Positions 1-9,841 of a stretch of 9,841 bases of DNA are shown here, piece by piece. A program made the translations under genes and the position numbers. Location of the stretch: NCBI RefSeq assembly GCF_012571345.1, contig NZ_CP046218.1, forward strand, positions 1 to 9,841, read 5' to 3'. The stretch is from Candidatus Saccharimonadota bacterium. GTDB lineage: Bacteria > Pseudomonadota > Gammaproteobacteria > Enterobacterales > Enterobacteriaceae. The notes beneath the pieces were generated by a model that saw nothing but the letters and a program-made list of their open reading frames with translations, did no database searches and was not told the origin of the DNA. Every line of letters starts with the position of its first letter. Position 1 is the first letter of the stretch.

Positions 1-480
1 ATGAAAAAACATATTCCTATGACATTACAAGGTTTTAAAAAATTACAAAAAAAATTATATCAATTAAAAAATATTGAGAGACCAAACATTATTAATGCGA
101 TACAAGAAGCAAGAAAACATGGTGATCTTAAAGAAAATGCTGAATACAAGGCTGCGCGTGAAGCACAAAGTTTTTGTGAAGGTCATATAAAGGATATAGA
201 AATTAAATTGTCTCAGTCACAAATAATAGACATTACAAAAATAACTTATGATAACAAAGTTATTTTTGGTGCTACCGTTGTATTATATCATTTTTTAATG
301 AATAAAAATATTACTTATAAAATTGTAGGTGATGATGAAGCTAATTTAAAAAATCATTTAATTTCCATTAATGCACCAATTTCTAGAGCATTAATTGGGA
401 AAAAAAAACAAGATATTGTTTTTGTACAAACACCAAGAGGCATAATTAATTATAAAATATTAGATATCAAATATATTTAA
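1..480 (+). CDS. greA: Transcription elongation factor GreA, complete (159 aa)
   Basis: The ORF spans ATG to TAA. Its translation aligns end to end with E. coli GreA (158 aa) as I remember it. Shared motifs include IPMTLxG, [41 protein letters not shown], VIFGATV and YxIVGDDEA. Confidence 0.95.
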   Translation: MKKHIPMTLQGFKKLQKKLYQLKNIERPNIINAIQEARKHGDLKENAEYKAAREAQSFCEGHIKDIEIKLSQSQIIDITKITYDNKVIFGATVVLYHFLMNKNITYKIVGDDEANLKNHLISINAPISRALIGKKKQDIVFVQTPRGIINYKILDIKYI

Positions 481-532
481 TGCTGAATTAAATATTAAAA
501 TAATTTGACTTTATTAACTAAAATAGTATAAT
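481..532 (+). promoter_or_regulatory. Candidate rrn operon sigma70 promoter with an A/T-rich UP-like element
   Basis: The -35 hexamer is TTGACT (505-510) and the -10 hexamer is TATAAT (527-532), separated by a 16-bp spacer, the same spacing I recall for E. coli rrnB P1. The A/T tract 481-504 (tgctgaattaaatattaaaataat) sits where an UP element would. The promoter lies about 120 nt upstream of the mature 16S 5' end and just upstream of the boxB/boxA leader. Hexamer matches are common by chance in AT-rich DNA, which limits confidence. Confidence 0.6.
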
Positions 533-543
533 AAATCTTAAGT

Positions 544-610
544 CAATAATCTTATAAAAAAGTTATTGCAGGTTCTTTAATAATTTGTCAGAAAATTTAT
601 GTGGGCATTC
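544..610 (+). promoter_or_regulatory. rrn leader antitermination region: boxB-like hairpin, boxA, boxC-like element
   Basis: A hairpin forms between 544-553 (caataatctt) and 560-568 (aagttattg): 9 bp, one bulge, loop ataaaa. boxA at 571-583 (ggttctttaataa) matches E. coli TGCTCTTTAACAA at 10 of 13 positions. The next 27 nt (584-610, tttgtcagaaaatttatgtgggcattc) match the remembered E. coli leader TTTATCAGACAATCTGTGTGGGCACTC at about 22 of 27 positions. Confidence 0.6.
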
Positions 611-651
611 TATTTTATAGAATTTTAATATTGTATAAAAATTTTGAGTTT

Positions 652-2210
<1,559 letters not shown>

Positions 2211-2234
2211 ATATAATTACTTTCTATAAAAAAT

Positions 2235-2257
2235 GAGTGCCCACAAATATTTTCTGA
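2235..2257 (+). other. 3' strand of the 16S processing stem, complementary to leader 587-610
   Basis: The reverse complement of gagtgcccacaaatattttctga is tcagaaaatatttgtgggcactc. This nearly matches the leader sequence tcagaaaatttatgtgggcattc at 588-610. Such a long duplex bracketing 16S is the classic RNase III substrate. Confidence 0.65.
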
Positions 2258-2273
2258 TGTAAATTTTTTATTT

Positions 2274-2345
2274 GTCCCTTTCGTCTAATGGTTAGGACAT
2301 CGCTCTTTCACGGCGGCAATAGGGGTTCAAATCCCCTAGGGGGCA
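2274..2345 (+). tRNA. gltT: tRNA-Glu (anticodon UUC) in the 16S-23S spacer; 3' CCA not encoded
   Basis: I folded the cloverleaf by hand. The acceptor stem is GTCCCTT/AGGGGGC with two U-G pairs. The D arm is GTCT..AGGAC. The anticodon stem TCGCT/GGCGG carries the loop CTTTCAC, giving anticodon TTC. The T arm is AGGGG-TTCAAAT-CCCCT and the discriminator is A2345, followed by TTA rather than CCA. The sequence is close to E. coli tRNA-Glu as remembered. Confidence 0.93.
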
Positions 2346-2360
2346 TTAACATAATAATCA

Positions 2361-2373
2361 TGTTCTTTAAAAA
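2361..2373 (+). promoter_or_regulatory. Spacer boxA-like antitermination element upstream of 23S
   Basis: tgttctttaaaaa matches the E. coli boxA TGCTCTTTAACAA at 11 of 13 positions. It lies between the spacer tRNA and 23S, the same position as the E. coli spacer boxA. Confidence 0.5.
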
Positions 2374-2450
2374 ACTAAAATTAAGTTATTGTAATGTTAA
2401 AGTATAAATTTGTTATAAACATATTTTTTATAATATTTTATTATTACAAG

Positions 2451-2467
2451 ACGATTGTGGGTTGTAA

Positions 2468-2474
<7 letters not shown>
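2451..2474 (+). other. 5' strand of the 23S processing stem, pairing with 5394-5418
   Basis: acgattgtgggttgtaaggttaag (2451-2474) pairs with cttaaccttacaacaccagaatcgt (5394-5418). There are 14 perfect bp (2461-2474 with 5394-5407), then a bulge or mismatch, then 3 more bp and a further 6 bp (acgatt/aatcgt). This bracketing helix is typical of an RNase III site. Confidence 0.7.
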
Positions 2475-5402
<2,928 letters not shown>

Positions 5403-5489
5403 ACAACACCAGAATCGTTTTTAATAAGTAATAAGATAATTATTATTAACAAATTAGATAATATCATAATTTAATTTTGTTTTATTTTA

Positions 5490-5609
5490 TCCCTAGTATA
5501 TATAACGCAATGGTACCACCTGAATCCATGCCGAACTCAGAAGTGAAACATTGTTGTGCTGATGGTAGTATAGGGTCTCCCTATGTTAGAGTAAGTAAAT
5601 ACTAGGGAA
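5490..5609 (+). rRNA. rrf: 5S ribosomal RNA (about 120 nt)
   Basis: The conserved core ccacctgaatccatgccgaactcagaagtgaaac ... gatggtagt ... gggtctccc matches E. coli 5S. Helix I forms between tccctagta (5490-5498) and tactaggga (5600-5608). Ends are accurate to about 2 nt. Confidence 0.9.
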
Positions 5610-5647
5610 TATAGTATAATACTATGATTATTTAGAAAATAAAGTTT

Positions 5648-6679
5648 ATGTTGTCTTTAAAAAAAATTCATACATTTCATGTAAATGTAAATGCATATAA
5701 TATCATTTATATATATAGTGTAAAACAACTATATAATATATGGTCTCAATGTAAAAAAAAGTTTATACCTTATTTAATATTAGGTAAGGGCAGTAATGTT
5801 TTATTCACAGAAAATTTTCATGGATTTATTTTATTAAATAGAATAAAAGGCATTAAAATATATTCTAATACTTTTTTTTGGAATTTACATATTGGTTCAG
5901 GAGAATCCTGGCATAAATTAGTTAAATATACTATTAAACGTGGAATCTATGGATTAGAAAATTTAGCATTAATTCCAGGATGTATTGGCGCAGCACCAAT
6001 ACAAAATATCGGTGCATATGGTATATCTTTGGAGTCTTTTTGTTCATATGTAGATGTGTTTAATCCGTATAATCAACAAATATTAAGAATACCCAAAAAA
6101 TATTGTTATTTTAGTTATAGAAATAGTATTTTTAAATCTCAAAAATATAAACATTATATTATTATTGCAGTAGGCCTATCTATACCTAAACAATGGACTC
6201 CTTGTATCATATACAAGGAATTACAATGTTTAAATTATCATGTAACTGCACAACAAATTTTTCAACATATTTGTAATATTAGAAATAAAAAATTACCAAA
6301 TCCAAATATTATGGGTAATGCTGGTAGTTTTTTTAAAAACCCATTTGTATCTTTGCATCACGGTTTAAATATTATTAAAAAATTTACTCAAATACCTTAT
6401 ATTTTTAAAAATAATATATTTAAAATATCTGCTGCATGGTTAATTGAAAAATGTAATTTTAAAGGAATTATTTTTGATGGCGCTTCAGTATATCATAAAC
6501 AAGCTTTAGTTATTATAAATAAGGATAATGCATCAGGACAAAATATATTAAACTTAGCAAACAAAATATATAATTGTGTAGGTAAAAAATTTGGCATATG
6601 GTTAGAAGCAGAAATAAGAATGTTTGATAAAAATAAAGAAATATCTCAAAAAAAAATTTTTACTAAAAATAAACAATAA
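5648..6679 (+). CDS. murB: UDP-N-acetylenolpyruvoylglucosamine reductase MurB (343 aa)
   Basis: This is a full-length ORF, against 342 aa for E. coli MurB. Shared motifs include LGxGSNVLF, NRIKGI, GENWHxLVKYT (here GESWHKLVKYT), GLENLALIPGC.G..PIQNIGAYG, YRxSIFK, KLPxP...GNAGSFFKNP, AAWLIxxC..KG and HxxQALVxINxxNA. The position next to 5S matches the rrnB-murB synteny in E. coli. Confidence 0.95.
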   Translation: MLSLKKIHTFHVNVNAYNIIYIYSVKQLYNIWSQCKKKFIPYLILGKGSNVLFTENFHGFILLNRIKGIKIYSNTFFWNLHIGSGESWHKLVKYTIKRGIYGLENLALIPGCIGAAPIQNIGAYGISLESFCSYVDVFNPYNQQILRIPKKYCYFSYRNSIFKSQKYKHYIIIAVGLSIPKQWTPCIIYKELQCLNYHVTAQQIFQHICNIRNKKLPNPNIMGNAGSFFKNPFVSLHHGLNIIKKFTQIPYIFKNNIFKISAAWLIEKCNFKGIIFDGASVYHKQALVIINKDNASGQNILNLANKIYNCVGKKFGIWLEAEIRMFDKNKEISQKKIFTKNKQ

Positions 6680-6686
6680 CATTTGA

Positions 6687-7136
6687 TTACAAACCTAATT
6701 TTTTAAAAATAAAATGTAAAGCTAAGTTATAACCTTCAATACCACAACCTATAATAACTCCTTCAGATATATCGGAAAAAAAAGATTTTTGACGAAACTT
6801 TTCTCTTTTATATATATTAGTAATATGTACTTCAATAAAAGGTATGTGTATTCCTAATATAGTATCACGTAGTGCAATACTAGTATGTGTTAAAGCTCCG
6901 GGATTGATAATTATATAATTGATATTCTTGCTATGTTGTATTAAATAATCTATTAAAATATGTTCTGCATTAGATTGTATATGTGTTAACCTACATTTTT
7001 TTTTATTTGCTATACTAGATAAATGAGATATAATTTTTTTTAAAGAGATATTACCATATTTTTCTGGTTCTCTTCGACCTAATAAACTTAGATTAGGACC
7101 GTTCACTATTAAAATATGATACTTTAATCTATACAT
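6687..7136 (-). CDS. aroQ: Type II 3-dehydroquinate dehydratase AroQ (149 aa)
   Basis: The minus-strand ORF carries the motifs HILxxNGPNLxLLGxREPExYG, LQSNAEHxLID, INPxAxTHTSxALRD, IPFIEVHxxN and GxGxxGY. It is colinear with E. coli AroQ (150 aa) as remembered. Confidence 0.95.
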   Translation of the reverse strand: MYRLKYHILIVNGPNLSLLGRREPEKYGNISLKKIISHLSSIANKKKCRLTHIQSNAEHILIDYLIQHSKNINYIIINPGALTHTSIALRDTILGIHIPFIEVHITNIYKREKFRQKSFFSDISEGVIIGCGIEGYNLALHFIFKKLGL

Positions 7137-7304
7137 TTTCAGTTCTGCATTATTAGATTTGTCAATTATACTAACATAATTTACATTAATTAAAAATAAT
7201 AATAAGCATTATTTTTTCATGATAATGATATATTTATTTTGAATAAAATGATATTATTACACACATAATAGATATTATTTAATCTAAATTTAATTTAACA
7301 ATAA

Positions 7305-8372
<1,068 letters not shown>

Positions 8373-8399
8373 TCATTAATATAAATTATTATAACATTT

Positions 8400-9215
8400 A
8401 TGCCATTAATTTTTAAAAAAAAAACAAATATACACTTAAAGTTTATTATTATCATAATAATTTCTATATTATTTATTATAATAGATAAATATTATAATTA
8501 TTTTTTTACAATAAAAAATTATATTGACAAAAAAATGAGTTATACATATGTTTATTTGAATAAACCATATACTATATATAATCATATATATGATTTATAT
8601 AAACAGAATAAAAATATTAAAGCACAAAATATTCTTTTATATAAAAAATTATTTTTAAAAAATATAGAATTATTTTTTTATAAAAATTCTCTTTATGAAT
8701 TCAATAATATATATAAAATTTTAAGCATAAATTTAAATACAACAAAAACAATTTTTAGTAAAAAAATCCCTATAATCTTACCATGGTATTCTGATAAAAT
8801 TTTTATAAATAAAGGTTTGCGAGATAATATTATTCCAGGAAATCTTGCTATTAATGATCATGGTGTTATTGGACAAGTTTTTTTTACTAATAAATATGTT
8901 AGTAGTATTTTACTTATATGTAGTAGATATAATTCTATACATGTACATGCACATAATAATAACGCTAACTTTATTTTAAATGGAATCGGTTGTAAATATC
9001 CTCCATTATTAAAATCTGAGGATATTTCTCCAAATATTATTATAAATGTTAATGATATCTTATTTACATCAGGTTTAAATGATTATCATCTTATAAATTA
9101 TCCCGTAGCTAAAGTAATCAACATTAAACATACTAAGAATAATATGAATGTTATATTCGCACAACCACTTATACAAATAGAGCAAATTAAATATTTATTA
9201 ATAATAAACACTTAA
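8400..9215 (+). CDS. mreC: Rod-shape-determining protein MreC, short form (271 aa)
   Basis: The gene follows mreB directly after a 27-bp gap. The N-terminus MPLIFKKK plus a hydrophobic TM segment corresponds to E. coli MKPIFSRG plus its TM. Recognisable core motifs include IFINKG..DNI.PG (E. coli VIDKGSVNGV..G), GVIGQV, S.ILLICS (E. coli SRVLLICD), NGIGC, DILFTSGL (E. coli DVLVTSGL), YPVAKV and IKYLLII (E. coli LRYLLLL). It is otherwise very divergent and rich in I, N, K and Y. It lacks the long Pro/Ala-rich C-terminal tail of the 367-aa E. coli protein. Confidence 0.85.
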   Translation: MPLIFKKKTNIHLKFIIIIIISILFIIIDKYYNYFFTIKNYIDKKMSYTYVYLNKPYTIYNHIYDLYKQNKNIKAQNILLYKKLFLKNIELFFYKNSLYEFNNIYKILSINLNTTKTIFSKKIPIILPWYSDKIFINKGLRDNIIPGNLAINDHGVIGQVFFTNKYVSSILLICSRYNSIHVHAHNNNANFILNGIGCKYPPLLKSEDISPNIIINVNDILFTSGLNDYHLINYPVAKVINIKHTKNNMNVIFAQPLIQIEQIKYLLIINT

Positions 9216-9224
9216 AAACATGAT

Positions 9225-9302
9225 ATGGAAAATAATGTTTTAATATTTTATTTATATATCATCACTATTTGTATGATAAATAATGTTGTATTTATGACAT
9301 AA
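9225..9302 (+). pseudogene. Possible detached N-terminal remnant of mreD (25 codons plus TAA), in frame with the main mreD ORF
   Basis: ATG GAA AAT AAT GTT TTA ... ATG ACA TAA translates to MENNVLIFYLYIITICMINNVVFMT, a hydrophobic, TM-like peptide. It shares the reading frame of the 9348 ORF (9225 and 9348 are both divisible by 3). It is followed by TAA TAA TAA (9300-9308) and another in-frame TAA (9336-9338). It occupies the position of the TM1 segment (..WVIWLSFLIALLLQIMPWP..) of E. coli MreD. Confidence 0.3.
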
Positions 9303-9347
9303 TAATAACACCATACACATAATAATTTTAATGAATAATATTACAAT

Positions 9348-9722
9348 ATGGATATATTAATAATATTTACTAATATAATGCTTTTGTCAAAGCAAATAAA
9401 TTTGATTAAATATTTTATTTTAGGAATTATTCTTGATATTTTAACAGATAAAATATTAGGCACATATACCTTAATTCTAACTATACTAAATTACTATTTA
9501 TATTATCATCATATATGGTTTAAAAAATTGTATTTTATACTACAAATAATACTAATTTTTATACTATTTAATATAGTAAATATTTTTATTTTTTCTATAA
9601 ATAATATATATTATTCGTATCTTAATATGTGTAATAATAATATTATGCATAGTATTTATTGGTATATACTATATTTTTCTCTTGAAAAATATAGTAATAA
9701 AAAAAAAATATGCCAATTATAA
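9348..9722 (+). CDS. mreD: Rod-shape-determining protein MreD, N-terminally short (124 aa) and possibly truncated or decaying
   Basis: The gene sits where mreD is expected, directly after mreC. It encodes a polytopic hydrophobic protein. The segment KYFILGIILDILTDKILGTYTLILTILNYYL aligns to E. coli MreD [30 protein letters not shown]. Met1 of this ORF aligns to about residue 37 of the 162-aa E. coli protein, so the first TM segment is absent from this ORF. Confidence 0.6.
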   Translation: MDILIIFTNIMLLSKQINLIKYFILGIILDILTDKILGTYTLILTILNYYLYYHHIWFKKLYFILQIILIFILFNIVNIFIFSINNIYYSYLNMCNNNIMHSIYWYILYFSLEKYSNKKKICQL

Positions 9723-9744
9723 TATTACAAAACTATATAATATG

Positions 9745-9841
9745 TTATAGGCATACTGTGATTTCTTTTAACCCAGAAATATAAGCCATTTGTCTAATAG
9801 CACCATTAGGAAAAAGTTTATGTATATAAATACTGTTACCT
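9745..9841 (-). CDS. Possible 3' end of an unidentified minus-strand gene that continues beyond the window
   Basis: The reverse-strand frame is open from the window edge for 31 codons (..GNSIYIHKLFPNGAIRQMAYISGLKEITVCL) and ends at TAA (complement of 9745-9747). The residue composition is less AT-biased than the surrounding spacer and an open frame of this length is uncommon in such AT-rich DNA. I do not recognise the protein family from 31 residues. Confidence 0.3.
   Translation of the reverse strand, partial: GNSIYIHKLFPNGAIRQMAYISGLKEITVCL

Noticed and set aside
585-613. TTGTCA at 585-590, identical to the E. coli rrnB P1 -35 hexamer, considered as a second (P2) rrn promoter.
   Set aside because: There is no acceptable -10 at 16-18 bp spacing (attcta, ttctat or tctatt). 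The hexamer falls inside the boxA-distal segment that aligns with the transcribed E. coli leader and forms the 16S processing stem. It is better explained as leader RNA than as a promoter.
5611-5625. The hairpin atagta-taa-tactat after 5S, considered as the rrn operon terminator.
   Set aside because: It has only 6 A/T base pairs and a 3-nt loop with no following U-tract. That is too weak to call a terminator, so it is discussed instead under the 5S-murB read-through finding.
7159-7187. Candidate mreB promoter TTGTCA-17 bp-TACATT in the aroQ/mreB divergent intergenic region, and an alternative TTGAAT (7239-7244) with CATAAT (7264-7269).
   Set aside because: They are plausible, but in DNA this AT-rich such hexamer pairs arise readily by chance. 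The second pair has a 19-bp spacer. Without TSS data I cannot support either as a feature.
7192-7217. A 9-bp inverted repeat aaaaataat / attattttt with a 7-nt loop, followed by T residues, resembling an intrinsic terminator.
   Set aside because: The stem is entirely A-T and so has negligible stability. It sits between two divergently transcribed genes, where no transcript needs terminating. It is most likely a chance palindrome in low-complexity AT sequence.
9220-9243. A mini-ORF ATG ATA TGG AAA ATA ATG TTT TAA (MIWKIMF) immediately after mreC, considered as an alternative mreD N-terminal remnant because of the 'IW' similarity to E. coli ..VIWL..
   Set aside because: It has only 7 codons and is out of frame with the main mreD ORF. 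The similarity is too short to mean anything. The in-frame 25-codon ORF at 9225 is the better candidate.

Overview
This window looks like ordinary housekeeping DNA from a very AT-rich, reduced gammaproteobacterial genome. It resembles an Enterobacterales-derived insect endosymbiont of the Wigglesworthia, Blochmannia or Buchnera type, but I cannot resolve the taxon without a database search. Gene order is greA (+), a complete rrn operon (16S, tRNA-Glu(UUC), 23S, 5S; +), murB (+), aroQ (-), mreB-mreC-mreD (+), and the likely 3' end of an unidentified minus-strand gene at the right edge. The 16S-tRNAGlu-23S-5S-murB arrangement matches E. coli rrnB-murB as I remember it. The rRNA operon keeps a near-consensus sigma70 promoter, a boxB/boxA/boxC antitermination leader, a spacer boxA, and long flanking complementarities typical of RNase III processing stems. 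I found no mobile elements, CRISPR arrays, defence genes or other accessory content, and no evidence for a novel multi-gene system. All comparisons to E. coli are from memory, not from a search. The most unusual observation is that mreD looks interrupted. A 25-codon hydrophobic mini-ORF lies in the same frame as the 124-aa mreD ORF, separated from it by TAA TAA TAA and one further TAA, and the combined length is close to full-length MreD. Other observations are typical of genome reduction: no terminator between 5S and murB, convergent genes 7 and 22 bp apart, a tRNA without encoded CCA, long in-frame poly(A) tracts, and very uneven conservation across mreBCD.
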